A program made the position numbers and the translations under genes. A stretch of DNA of 64,000 nucleotides from an uncultured Verrucomicrobiae bacterium (GTDB lineage: Bacteria; Verrucomicrobiota; Verrucomicrobiia; Limisphaerales; Palsa-1400), in NCBI GenBank assembly GCA_963813995.1, contig CAWFAZ010000086.1, positions 71,973 to 135,972 of the forward strand. The letters run 5' to 3'. Shown piece after piece: positions 20,766 through 31,095 of this stretch. Below the pieces are notes generated by a model, which had not been told where the DNA came from, searched no databases, and saw only the letters and a list, made by a program, of their open reading frames with translations. Within the stretch, counting starts at the first letter, position 1, and each line of letters begins with the position of its first letter.

Positions 20766-23700
20766 ATGATAATGCCGCGTCGCATCCAATACTGTGTGAT
20801 TTTTGCGTTTTCGTTTCTGTTTGTCCAGAGCGTCCGGGCCGAAGCTATGCTGTCGTTGTTCCGACAAACTTGGAGCCAGGTAACACAAAGAATGCCGGAA
20901 ATGGCCGAGGCGGGTTACGACAGTCTGTGGCTGCCCCCTCCGACCAAGGGCAACAGCGGCACTTATTCCGTCGGCTACGATTTATTTGACCCGTTTGACC
21001 TGGGCGGCACCAACCAGTGTGGGACGATTGCCACCGCCTATGGCACTCAGTCTGATTTGCTTAACATGGTGCAAACCGCCCATCGCTTCGGCATACGCGT
21101 CTATTTCGACAACGTGATGAACCACCGGGCAAGTGCCATACCGGGGCTTCCGGGTGGCGAGCCGACCAATTATTTCCCCGGTTTGCTTCCGGCGGATTTT
21201 CACCTGCAGGTCATTTCCGGCGGATATACAAACTGGCCGAACATCAGCGATTGGTGCTATGCCGAGCAGGTCGAAAACAACCCCCTCGAAGGCTTGTGTG
21301 ATCTGGCGAATGAACCGGGCACGGTCAATTGGAACTTTGGCGCCACTTGGGGCGATGTGACGAACAAGCCGGTGTTTGTCCGGTTTCCGGGCCGGCCGGA
21401 TTTATACATGGACACCAACGGACCCTTGTTGGGCATCGGTTGGGGTGGCGCAGGTTGGCGGCCCTTCGATGGCAATGGCCAGCCGGTGCCGGAAGATGTG
21501 ACTGCTTATGAATGTCGCGCGGTGGCGTGGGAGCTTTACATGACCAAATGCGACGGGTTCCGGCTTGACGCGGTGAAGCAAGTGCCGTTGAGCTTTTTTG
21601 GCGCGGAAACCGGCCAGACGGATGACCCGTCCTTTAGCGGTTACACCGGCGCCATCCAGGCGATGTATGATTACGTCCACGGCTACGGCAGCAACGTCAC
21701 CGGCAACGGTTATATCGAGACCGATGGCAATCGCAACAGCTTGTTCAACACCGAGGCGCCGCGCAATGACGCCATGCTTTTCGGCGAATACGAACAGCAA
21801 GCGCTGGCTGCCGGCAGTGACTTTAATGACTATCTCCAGTCGGGCATGCGCCTGGAGAACTTTCCGCTTTTCAACTATTTCGAAAACGTGTTGGAGGACG
21901 GCGATTCCATGTCCGGCATGGACGGTCGCGATTTCAGCGCGCCAACGTGGTCTCAGGGCAATTGCGACAGCAACGGCAATTTCAGCGGAGCGCAGGCTGT
22001 CAACTTTCCGATGGTGCAAGACCCCGGTTTTCAATTCTTCCCAAACCAGGAATTCGGGGACTCTTATTTCTTCATGCACGAGGGGTTGCCGATGGCTTAT
22101 GCCGATGGCTTCAATCATAACACAGTCGCCAACTCGACGCCCACTGAATCCCTGGCCAATTATCTCGGTGAATTCAGCGATAACACCCTGCCGGACATGA
22201 TGTATGTGCATAACCAGCTTGCGCGCGGCGGCACCTGGTCGCGCTGGAGCGACCAGAATATCGTAATGTTCGAGCGCTACGATTACCGCGAAGGCAACAG
22301 TTCCGCGCCGCAGACGCAGGACGTGGTGCTGTTCGGCATGAATGACAAGACCAGTTATCCCGGCGACATCTCATTCGATGACGGTGTGAGCCGGACCAGC
22401 GATGGATATTATCTGAATCCTTCCAACACAACTTCCACCGCTGTCTCCAATTCGCGCGGTTTGGGAATCGTGGTTGGTTTTCCGCCCGGCACGGTGCTGA
22501 CGCAACTGGCCAGTTCTTCGCCGACAGGCGGTCGCGCTTATACAAACTTGCTGGTGCATGGTGCGACAACGAGTTTGTCCACAGCGGCGTCCACCGCGAA
22601 TGCCGCCCAAGCGACGAATCGGCTGATTTATGTCGGCGGCCAGACCCTGGCCTCGGGCGGCGGCGCGATTGAGCTGACCATTCCCACCATGTCGTGGGTC
22701 ATGTATGGCCTTCAATGGCCGCAGCCGAGCCAGGCGAATTCTTCGACCAACGCCATTATTCTCCGCCAGGGTGGTGGTATGGCCCCTCAAATCACGATTT
22801 ATCGCACCGACGGAACGAATGGCCCGACAAATTACAGTCCGCTCTTCCCCTTCAAAATGCGCGGCAGCGTGGATCCGTACACCGGGCTTCCGGTCATGGC
22901 CCCCGGGGAAGGCAACGTCTCCAATCTCACCTATGCCATTAACGTCCCGATCGTGACCAACGCCAACTTCGACATCCTCGTCCGCAGCGACGCCTCCACT
23001 TCCAACACGCTTGTCAAGCTGGATGGCGGCGCAGATTTGAACAGCCAGATGGGACTCGGCCCGACGAATTTCCAGGCCGGCATCGCCCCGACCAACTTTC
23101 TTGACCTGCGCGACAACCCTCCGGGTTACGCCGATGATGTTTTCCTGGGTTACGAACAGACCGCGTTTCAATTCCGCAACGGCCCGGAAAAATTCGCCGC
23201 CCGCAATGTTTTGAGCAACACCATCGTCTCGCTCGGCGCGGAAACGTATTATTACACCGTCGGCGGCTCCAGCAATGTGGCTTCCGGTTCCGGCTTCGGA
23301 CAATCCATTACCAACGAGACCGCCAACTGGGTCTGGCATGACCCGACGAACAGTGTCACGGCACTCAGCAACAGCCCCCCTTCGCAAATGAATCCGTTAA
23401 GCCCGACCTCCAGCCAGGCGGTGGATGTCTGGGTCAAGGTCGGCTACGAATTTCAAATCAACACCTGCTTCATTTATTACACAACGGACGGTTCGAATCC
23501 CGAAGGCGCGTTCGGCATCGGCAAGGGCAAGACACAGGTGGCGCAGGGAAACTGGGTCAACCATGACAGCGCGCAAACCAACATTGACTGGTGGAAGGGC
23601 ACGATTCCCGCGCAGGCCGCCGGCATACAGGTGCGTTACAAGGTCGGGTTATTTTATGGCGGCAGCGTCAATCCCGGCCAGAGCATCCAGCCGATTTCCT

Positions 23701-24881
23701 GCGCCGAGCCGTCTGGCTCGAAATTGTTCGGCGTGACGCAAGCGGCCATCACGAATTTCAACCCGGCGGCCGCCGTGGTCTGGCTGCACAACGACCTCAA
23801 CCCGGCCAACACCGTCACCGGTTTGCAGTCCGGTTTCCACATCCTGCGCGCCCGCGCCTTCCTGCCGCGCGCGGGCCAATCCAGCGTGTATAACACGTTT
23901 TTGCAGACGTTTTATTACGACGGCCCGCTGCCTACAGGTGTTATTGTCTATCCGGCCGGCGGCAGCACGATTGGCAGCAGCAATTACACCGTGATCGTGC
24001 GTACCGACAGCACTGTCACCGGCGCGACCTTTAACATTCAAGACTCTGACCACGCCAATGACGATGTGAACACCGGCCAGACGAATGGCATTGGTAATGA
24101 CACCAACGGCGCGCCCATTTTCCTTCCGGCCACACTGGCCAGCCCCGATTCCTCGTTAAGCCTCCAATATCCGAATTATCTGCAGGAGTTCCGGTTTGTT
24201 TATAACAAGGTCCCCCCCAGCGGCACTGCGACGATTTATGTGAAGCTCAATGAATACGGCACGGCCCTCTATACCAACCATTACACCATGCTCACCGCGA
24301 CGGTCAACACGCTCGGGCCCGAGGAAATCGTGCAGTTCTCCAGTCCGCCGTCCAACGGCAGCATTATCACGATGACCAGCAATACGACTTACACGATTCG
24401 CGCCTGTTTCACTCCTAACTTGGACACAAATCAACCCAATCTCTTCTACCTGACCATCAATGGCGTGTTGCAGTCTCAGTCTTCCAACCTGATTCGTCTC
24501 GCGGGGTTTGATCCCCCGGCATGCTCCAACATGAACTCCTTTTTCTACTTCTGGAAGCTCAGTTCGCCCGGCACAACGTTGGGCGCCAACCATCTCCAGC
24601 TCGTTTATTCCAACAGCAGCACCGGCGTGGTTTTAAGCGACGCAATGTCAGTCCTTGTGGCCCCGCCTTTGATCATTTCAGGCTTGGGGGGCGTCAACCA
24701 TCAGCTTGTCTCGTGGGCCAGCGCGTCGAACGTGACTTATCAGGTGTGGGCGACGACCAATTTGGCCCGGCCGTTTCAACTCATCAGCACCAACATTCCG
24801 AGCCAGGGTTCCACCACATCCTTTTACGACTCGAACTCGGCGCCGCAAAAATTCTATCAAATCGAGGCGATCCAGCAGTGA
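20766..24881 (+). CDS. Secreted giant GH13 alpha-amylase with about 800 aa of uncharacterised C-terminal domains
   Basis: From ATG 20766: MIMPRRIQYCVIFAFSFLFVQSVRA (signal peptide). The GH13 regions are GYDSLWLPPPTKG, GIRVYFDNVMNHRA and DGFRLDAVKQVP. The ORF-track start at 20544 overlaps the upstream gene and is judged spurious. Confidence 0.8.
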   Translation: MIMPRRIQYCVIFAFSFLFVQSVRAEAMLSLFRQTWSQVTQRMPEMAEAGYDSLWLPPPTKGNSGTYSVGYDLFDPFDLGGTNQCGTIATAYGTQSDLLNMVQTAHRFGIRVYFDNVMNHRASAIPGLPGGEPTNYFPGLLPADFHLQVISGGYTNWPNISDWCYAEQVENNPLEGLCDLANEPGTVNWNFGATWGDVTNKPVFVRFPGRPDLYMDTNGPLLGIGWGGAGWRPFDGNGQPVPEDVTAYECRAVAWELYMTKCDGFRLDAVKQVPLSFFGAETGQTDDPSFSGYTGAIQAMYDYVHGYGSNVTGNGYIETDGNRNSLFNTEAPRNDAMLFGEYEQQALAAGSDFNDYLQSGMRLENFPLFNYFENVLEDGDSMSGMDGRDFSAPTWSQGNCDSNGNFSGAQAVNFPMVQDPGFQFFPNQEFGDSYFFMHEGLPMAYADGFNHNTVANSTPTESLANYLGEFSDNTLPDMMYVHNQLARGGTWSRWSDQNIVMFERYDYREGNSSAPQTQDVVLFGMNDKTSYPGDISFDDGVSRTSDGYYLNPSNTTSTAVSNSRGLGIVVGFPPGTVLTQLASSSPTGGRAYTNLLVHGATTSLSTAASTANAAQATNRLIYVGGQTLASGGGAIELTIPTMSWVMYGLQWPQPSQANSSTNAIILRQGGGMAPQITIYRTDGTNGPTNYSPLFPFKMRGSVDPYTGLPVMAPGEGNVSNLTYAINVPIVTNANFDILVRSDASTSNTLVKLDGGADLNSQMGLGPTNFQAGIAPTNFLDLRDNPPGYADDVFLGYEQTAFQFRNGPEKFAARNVLSNTIVSLGAETYYYTVGGSSNVASGSGFGQSITNETANWVWHDPTNSVTALSNSPPSQMNPLSPTSSQAVDVWVKVGYEFQINTCFIYYTTDGSNPEGAFGIGKGKTQVAQGNWVNHDSAQTNIDWWKGTIPAQAAGIQVRYKVGLFYGGSVNPGQSIQPISCAEPSGSKLFGVTQAAITNFNPAAAVVWLHNDLNPANTVTGLQSGFHILRARAFLPRAGQSSVYNTFLQTFYYDGPLPTGVIVYPAGGSTIGSSNYTVIVRTDSTVTGATFNIQDSDHANDDVNTGQTNGIGNDTNGAPIFLPATLASPDSSLSLQYPNYLQEFRFVYNKVPPSGTATIYVKLNEYGTALYTNHYTMLTATVNTLGPEEIVQFSSPPSNGSIITMTSNTTYTIRACFTPNLDTNQPNLFYLTINGVLQSQSSNLIRLAGFDPPACSNMNSFFYFWKLSSPGTTLGANHLQLVYSNSSTGVVLSDAMSVLVAPPLIISGLGGVNHQLVSWASASNVTYQVWATTNLARPFQLISTNIPSQGSTTSFYDSNSAPQKFYQIEAIQQ

Positions 24882-24974
24882 TGCCGCCCGGGCAATCAGG
24901 CTGGCCCACCGTTGTTCATTGAACCCTGCCGCCAATTTATGTGATTGCCACCGGTTCGGGTTCGTGCGACTTAG

Positions 24975-27218
24975 TTGGCACAATTGAAACCGCGCCCCAA
25001 AGCACCGCAGGCCGCAGCCCCGCCCCTGGTTCCGCGCCATAAGTGGCTGTTCCGCATCGCGGCGCTCCTGGTCATGCCGTTGCTGGCACTGGCCGTGTTG
25101 GAGGCGGCGTTGCGCCTGGCGGGCTGCGGTTACACGACCAGTCTGTTCGAGAAGGTCCGCCTCCAAGGCCGGGATGTTCTGCTCAACAATGAAAACTTCA
25201 GCCTCCGCTTTTTTCCGCCGGAATTGTCCCGCTGGCCCGGCCCGCTGATGATCGAGCCGGTGAAACCTGCGGGCACATGCCGCATTTTTATTTTTGGCGA
25301 ATCGGCTGCGCAAGGTGATCCGGAGCCGGCCTTTGCGGCGAGCCGGTATTTGGAAGCCTTGTTGCGGGAACGGTATCCCGGCGTGAATTTCGAGGTGGTC
25401 AACTTTGGCATCACTGCGATCAGTTCCCATGTCATCGTGCCCATCGCCCGCGAATGCGCCCGCTACCAGGGCGACCTTTGGATCATCTACATGGGGAACA
25501 ATGAAATGATCGGGCCGTTTGGCGCGGCCACCGTTTTCGGCGCCAAAGCTCCTCCCTGGCCGGTGGTGCGATTGGGGCTGGCTTTGCAGACAACGCGCGT
25601 CGGCCAACTGCTCATGAACCTCGGACGGAAATTGAAAGGCCACGCGGCCGCGCCGCGCGTTTGGCACGGGTTGGAAATGTTTCTCGGCAATCAACTGGCC
25701 CCGGATGACCCGCGCAAGGAGGCCGTCTATAACAATTTTCAGAGGAACCTGCAAGACATCCTGCGGGCGGGCCGCAACGCCGGCGCCGCCATCATCCTCA
25801 ATACCGTCGCGGTGAACCTCAAGGATTGCCCGCCCTTTGCCTCGCTCAATTCCAGCCGTCTGGCGCCACCCGACCGGGAGAAATTCGACCGCTGGTGCGC
25901 GGAGGGACGCGGGGCGGAGATGAGCAACGACTGGAAGCTGGCGGCGGCTGATTTTGGAGAGGCCGTCGCGCTGGACCCGCAAATGGCCGAAGCCCAATTC
26001 CGCGAAGGGGAATGCCTCTTGCAGTTGAACGATGCCGCCGACGCAGCAGGGCATTTCCAGAAAGCGTGCGACTGTGACGCGCTTGTCTTCCGGGCCGATT
26101 CGCGCATCAACGGCATCATCCGGGAAACGGGCCAGCAACTGGGCGGGCCGGACCTCGTTTTATGCGACGCCGCGGCCTCCCTGCCTGAACCCGGAAGCAT
26201 TCCCGGCCAGGAAACCTTCTACGAGCACGTCCATTTGAACTTCGACGGCAATTACCGGCTGGCCAAATTGTGGGCGGCCCAGGCCGAACGGCTCCTGCCC
26301 GAAAATGTCAAGACCAAGGCACAGGGCGGCTGGGCCTCCCAGGAAATCTGCGAGGCGCGCCTGGGCTTGACGGACCGGAACCGGGGGAACGTGCTGCACG
26401 AGGTGCAGCGGCGCATGGAGGGGCCGCCGTTCAACAGCCAGTTCAACAACGAGCGGCGCGTCTCCGAATTGTCGGCCCGGCTTGACAGCATGCTCCGGCA
26501 CAGGGACGCAACGGCAGCAACCAATGCGCGCTCTCTCTACACCGATGCCATCGCCCGCGCGCCGCGCGATTATCTGCTGCACGAGAACTACGGGGAATTC
26601 CTCGAACTGACCGGGGACTTCAAGCAAGCCGCGCTGGAATGGAAGCAAGCGCGGCAGTTGATGCCGCGCAACCCGTTCGCGTTTCTCACCGAAGGCCAGT
26701 TGTTGGAGAGGCAAGGGGACTTGTCCTCAGCGCGGGAATCCTTTCGCCAGGCGGTGATTCTTCATCCGCGCTACGCCGAGGCTTGGTTTGAGTTGGGCAA
26801 ACTCGCCGCCGTGGAAGGCAAGCTCGATGAAGCCCTGGAGAACTATCGCCGGTCGGCGGCGTTGCAGCCCAACGATCCGCAAACTTATCTTTGCATGGGC
26901 AAAGCGTTGTCGCTCTTGAAGCGATCGGACGAGTCGCTGCAAAACTTCCGGCACGCGCTCGAATTGGACGGAGCGAACTGGGAGGCGCATTACGCGCTGG
27001 GCGGGGAGTTGGGCATGCATGGGCGGTTCGCGGAGGCGAAACCGGAATTCCAACAAGTGGTCCGCCTTCAGCCGCAATACGCCATGGGCCACCTGAACCT
27101 GGGCGTCGCCTTGTTCAAACTCAACGACCCGCAAGGCGCGCGGCGGGAATTTGCCGAAACCTTGCGCCTGGACCCGACCAACAAATCGGCCCGAGCCTAC
27201 ATGGCTGCCGCCAAATGA
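24975..27218 (+). CDS. TPR-repeat protein with N-terminal SGNH/GDSL-like hydrolase-fold domain
   Basis: The N-terminal TM/signal is WLFRIAALLVMPLLALAVL. The SGNH-like blocks are RIFIFGESAAQG, NFGITAISS and IIYMGNNE. The C-terminal half has repeated 34-aa TPR-like units (AEAWFELGKLAAVEGKLDEALENYRRSAALQPND...). The start codon is TTG. Confidence 0.65.
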   Translation: MAQLKPRPKAPQAAAPPLVPRHKWLFRIAALLVMPLLALAVLEAALRLAGCGYTTSLFEKVRLQGRDVLLNNENFSLRFFPPELSRWPGPLMIEPVKPAGTCRIFIFGESAAQGDPEPAFAASRYLEALLRERYPGVNFEVVNFGITAISSHVIVPIARECARYQGDLWIIYMGNNEMIGPFGAATVFGAKAPPWPVVRLGLALQTTRVGQLLMNLGRKLKGHAAAPRVWHGLEMFLGNQLAPDDPRKEAVYNNFQRNLQDILRAGRNAGAAIILNTVAVNLKDCPPFASLNSSRLAPPDREKFDRWCAEGRGAEMSNDWKLAAADFGEAVALDPQMAEAQFREGECLLQLNDAADAAGHFQKACDCDALVFRADSRINGIIRETGQQLGGPDLVLCDAAASLPEPGSIPGQETFYEHVHLNFDGNYRLAKLWAAQAERLLPENVKTKAQGGWASQEICEARLGLTDRNRGNVLHEVQRRMEGPPFNSQFNNERRVSELSARLDSMLRHRDATAATNARSLYTDAIARAPRDYLLHENYGEFLELTGDFKQAALEWKQARQLMPRNPFAFLTEGQLLERQGDLSSARESFRQAVILHPRYAEAWFELGKLAAVEGKLDEALENYRRSAALQPNDPQTYLCMGKALSLLKRSDESLQNFRHALELDGANWEAHYALGGELGMHGRFAEAKPEFQQVVRLQPQYAMGHLNLGVALFKLNDPQGARREFAETLRLDPTNKSARAYMAAAK

Positions 27219-27500
27219 TTCATGTTGCAGTTTTAGTCCCCAACCTGTAGGCTGGCAGCCTGTCGGATTTGACGTAAGTTGTTGATTTGCAACGTTGATC
27301 CATGTTGGCGCTAAAATTAAGATGTTGATTACGAAGAACTTGCAATTCATCAATGGCCCAGGTCCGACAAATTGCCAGGCGCAAGCCTGTGGCCGGCCTT
27401 TGACGAGGCAAACCTCACAGCACAAACATGCGGTAGCGGAACGAACGTGGGTGTGCTACGTTTGAAGAAGCGACCCAACAAGTCAACATAGAAAAACATT

Positions 27501-29363
27501 ATGAATACAAAATTATCCACAAAAGCCATCCAGCGCGGCCTCTGGATGGGAGCTTTGCTCCTAAGCGCCGCAGCAGCATCCGCCTCATCATCAATCTTAA
27601 CGTTCCAAGTTGATATGACGCCCCAGCTCGGGTCCTCATTTAACCCGGGTAACGGCGATACCTTATGGGTTAACGGGACGTTCTATGGATGGGGAGGCGT
27701 GCAACTGACCGCTGCCCCCACCGAGGAGTATCCCAACCTCTACACCGGAACAGTCAATGACCAGGACGACGCCAATGGAGGGGTGGTGGATTACAAGATC
27801 GTCATTAACGAAAACAACTGGGAGAATCCGGACGACTATGACAATCGTTGCGCGACTCTTCCCAGCACCAGCGGGGGCAGCCTGCTGCTGCCTGTGCAGT
27901 ACTTTGGCGATGCCGGCACTCCCGTGGAAAACAGCATTACTTTCCAGGTGGATATGGCCGAGCAGCTCAATACCGGGGCTTTCAACACGAGTTACCCCGT
28001 TTATTGCTACGGCTATTTCCAAGGCTGGAACAACAGCTTCCAATTGACAGAAGGATCTCCCGTTATCCAGAATGGCAACATAGTTTCCCTGCCTTATACG
28101 GGCACTTACACCACCTGGTCGGCCTCTCCCGGCGGCGCCAATGAGTACAAATTTGTTTACAACAACGGCGGCACTGTATATGAGAACCCGACTACAGGTG
28201 ATCCCGACAATGGTCAAAACCGCTTCTGCTTTAACGAACCTCAAGTGCTGCCAATTGTATGGTTCAGTGATGTGAAGTATAGCAAGACCGTGACGAACGT
28301 CATCACGTTTGAAGTGGACATGTCGGTCCAGATTTTGAACGGCAACTTCACGAATGGCACCAGCACGGTGTATCTCCAGGGAGACTTCAATAACTATGCC
28401 GGCCCGGCTATGACGGAGGAGGCCCCGCCCAACCAGAATATTTACTACTACACGCAAACTATTGTGGACGCGGCTGGTGCGTTGCATCTGTTCAAATATC
28501 AGATCGCGCCGTGGACGGGGAATTCGGAAGGCATCTGGGAAACCCCTTCGGCCGCCAATGAATATCCCGGAACGCAAAATCGCTTTCTGTATCTTACAGG
28601 TGCGAACGCGTCTTACGTCAACGGCCCAGTTTTTTTCAGTGACCTGAATATAAGTGCCGTCACTCCGGGACCCTGCCTGGTGACCTTTACCGTCGATATG
28701 ACACCGGCGGCTCCGGGCGGCAATGATGACACCTGTAATAGCGGCGGACCCTTCCTCGGCGGAGCACAAAACGAAGATTTCGATACCGTTTATATTAACG
28801 GCGTTTACGAAGGCTCTGACGGCAGTTGGTGGTCATGGGGTAGTGTGGGGGACCCCGACTATGCAATGACTCAAATTGGTGACACCGGCAATCTTTACAC
28901 GATTACCCTGCCCATAAACGCAGGCCAGTCCATCAATCTGATCTATAAGTATGGCATCGATGGGGCAGATAACGAGGCTCCCAGTGGCAACAACCACTAC
29001 CGTTACATCCGCAGCATTATCAACAGCGGTTCGGGTTATATCATGCCGACGGATTTATTTGCCAATAATAGAAACGGGAACACAGGGGAACCGTCATTCG
29101 GCAATTTGGCGATTAGCCAGTCTGCCGATAACGTAGTGCTGTCATGGCTCGGACGAACCACGGTTCAATTGCAAAGCACCACCAGCCTGACTCCGCCAAT
29201 CACTTGGACGCCACTGCCCGCGACCGATGGAGCTACTTTAATTGTCACGCCTGGCAACGAGTTGCAGGGCATTGCGCCTGGCGCGGCGCTCGGCACAAAT
29301 GTCAGCATAAGCTACCCCATCGGGGGCGGTAATGTGTACTACGAGTTGATTGGGCCTCAATAG
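27501..29363 (+). CDS. Secreted protein with four tandem CBM20-like (starch-binding-type) modules and a C-terminal W..W..YY module
   Basis: Signal peptide. There are four repeats of about 100 aa, each opening with the same block: ILTFQVDMTPQL, ITFQVDMAEQL, ITFEVDMSVQI and VTFTVDMTPAA. Each is followed by aromatic G-W / Y-K-(F/Y) positions. Confidence 0.6.
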   Translation: MNTKLSTKAIQRGLWMGALLLSAAAASASSSILTFQVDMTPQLGSSFNPGNGDTLWVNGTFYGWGGVQLTAAPTEEYPNLYTGTVNDQDDANGGVVDYKIVINENNWENPDDYDNRCATLPSTSGGSLLLPVQYFGDAGTPVENSITFQVDMAEQLNTGAFNTSYPVYCYGYFQGWNNSFQLTEGSPVIQNGNIVSLPYTGTYTTWSASPGGANEYKFVYNNGGTVYENPTTGDPDNGQNRFCFNEPQVLPIVWFSDVKYSKTVTNVITFEVDMSVQILNGNFTNGTSTVYLQGDFNNYAGPAMTEEAPPNQNIYYYTQTIVDAAGALHLFKYQIAPWTGNSEGIWETPSAANEYPGTQNRFLYLTGANASYVNGPVFFSDLNISAVTPGPCLVTFTVDMTPAAPGGNDDTCNSGGPFLGGAQNEDFDTVYINGVYEGSDGSWWSWGSVGDPDYAMTQIGDTGNLYTITLPINAGQSINLIYKYGIDGADNEAPSGNNHYRYIRSIINSGSGYIMPTDLFANNRNGNTGEPSFGNLAISQSADNVVLSWLGRTTVQLQSTTSLTPPITWTPLPATDGATLIVTPGNELQGIAPGAALGTNVSISYPIGGGNVYYELIGPQ

Positions 29364-29427
29364 GTGATTGGTTGTTGCGCGCCCCGGTCAGCCACGCGCT
29401 GATCGGGGCGGCAATGAACATTCAGAT

Positions 29428-30306
29428 ATGAAACGTCAAAAGGCATTTACATTGATTGAATTACTGGTGGTCATCGCCATTATCGCCATACTGGCGGCCA
29501 TGTTGCTGCCCGCCCTTGCCCGTGCAAAAACGGCGGCCCTTTCGGTTAAATGCATGAGCAACAAGAAGCAAATGCAGTTGGCTTGGAGCATGTATGCCGG
29601 CGATAACCATGAGGTTCTTGCCGATAATCATGACTACCACGATTTTGGAAATTGGTCACCACCGACTCCGCCGGGAACGCCAGCCTGGTGCGAAGGGTGG
29701 TTGACGTGGGGTGTTGGTTCTCCTCCTTCTGACAACACCAACACAGCCCTCCTCAGCGGAATACCTTTGAATGGAAGAGTTTATGCGTTACTGGGGCCGT
29801 ACGTCGGCAATCAACTGGCCGTATTTCGCTGCCCCGGCGATACTTACGCCAGTGCGGCCCAGCACGCAGCCGGATGGGCGACTCGTGATCGCAGTATTGC
29901 CATGGATGGAAACATTGGGGGTGGAGAGAAATATGCATTTGAAGGTTGGACGCTCACGAATGCCATTACCAAAGCGGGCAATTTTACCTCGCCGGGGGCT
30001 GCCATGAGCTGGGTGTTCATGGATGAGCATCCTGATTGGATTGATGACTCCATTCTTTATGTTAACCCCGCCGAAACAAACGGGGTGGGTGAATTTACTG
30101 AACTGCCGGGGAGCTTTCACAATAATGCCTGTGGAATCAGTTTTGCCGATGGCCATGCCGAAATCCATAAATGGACGGATTCTCGAATCAATCTGCGGGT
30201 CCTATATGAGTATCAACAAGATCTTGGACCCGGTGGAATCAGCTTCCCGGCTGGTAACCCTTGCAAGGATCTGGCATGGATGGCACAGCGCACACCTTAC
30301 CAATAA
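29428..30306 (+). CDS. DUF1559 / H-X9-DG protein with prepilin-type N-terminal cleavage/methylation domain
   Basis: [34 protein letters not shown] is a type IV pilin-like leader and helix. The C-terminal [21 protein letters not shown] fits the H-x9-DG pattern. The ATG at 29428 is preferred to the upstream ORF-track start. Confidence 0.85.
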   Translation: MKRQKAFTLIELLVVIAIIAILAAMLLPALARAKTAALSVKCMSNKKQMQLAWSMYAGDNHEVLADNHDYHDFGNWSPPTPPGTPAWCEGWLTWGVGSPPSDNTNTALLSGIPLNGRVYALLGPYVGNQLAVFRCPGDTYASAAQHAAGWATRDRSIAMDGNIGGGEKYAFEGWTLTNAITKAGNFTSPGAAMSWVFMDEHPDWIDDSILYVNPAETNGVGEFTELPGSFHNNACGISFADGHAEIHKWTDSRINLRVLYEYQQDLGPGGISFPAGNPCKDLAWMAQRTPYQ

Positions 30307-30376
30307 GTGCGGTGTGACGGCGTCGCCCAAACGGGGGCTTCCTGATTCGACGAAGTGAACGCTCCGCGCCCCGCCG

Positions 30377-31015
30377 TCACCCGCGAAGGTATTTCACCAC
30401 CGCGTCCGTCCGCGAATGCACGTGCAGTTTCTCATACACCGTGCGCACGTAGCTGCGCACCGTGTCGATGCTGATGTTCATCCGGTCCGCGATTTCCTTG
30501 TAAGCGTAGCCTTTGGACAGTTGGTCCAGAAATTCCCTTTCCCCCGGCGCCAGGCGCGACACCGGCGAGTTGTCCCCGGCCGGCTTGGAAAAAAACTGCA
30601 CCACCCGCCGCGCCAGTTGCGGCGTCATGGGCGAACCGCCGCCGTGAACATCGTGGATCGCCTCCAGCAGCCGCGCCAACGCGGTCCGCTTCAGCAGGTA
30701 GCCGCTGGCCCCGGCCTTCAAGGAATTGAACAGCGAGTCGCTGTCCTCATAAACTGTCAACATGAGAATTTGCGCCTTGGGCAGGATGGCTCTCAATTGC
30801 CGGACGCATTCCACGCCGTTCATCCCCGGCAGGTTGATGTCCATCAGCACCACGTCCGGCGGACGGTTGGGGATTTCTTTCAGGGCCGTTTCGGCGTCAG
30901 GATAGTCGCCCGTCAGGCGCAGCGCCGGCGCGCGCCGGATGAGCGTTGCCAGACTGGCGCGGATGCCCTCGTCATCATCCACGATCGCCACTTTGATCTG
31001 GGTCTTTTCTGTCAT
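30377..31015 (-). CDS. NarL/LuxR-family two-component response regulator
   Basis: The REC domain is KVAIVDDDEGIRASL...DVVLMDINLPGMNGVE. The LuxR HTH is EREFLDQLSKGYAYKEIADRMNISIDTVRSYVRTVYEKLHV. An alternative start lies at 31042. Confidence 0.9.
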   Translation of the reverse strand: MTEKTQIKVAIVDDDEGIRASLATLIRRAPALRLTGDYPDAETALKEIPNRPPDVVLMDINLPGMNGVECVRQLRAILPKAQILMLTVYEDSDSLFNSLKAGASGYLLKRTALARLLEAIHDVHGGGSPMTPQLARRVVQFFSKPAGDNSPVSRLAPGEREFLDQLSKGYAYKEIADRMNISIDTVRSYVRTVYEKLHVHSRTDAVVKYLRG

Positions 31016-31095
31016 GACAGTATAACAGTTGTCATGCTCCATTCATGGCATATAACCGCCCCTTCCGGCAATCACTGAACGTGCGGCGGCGAAGT

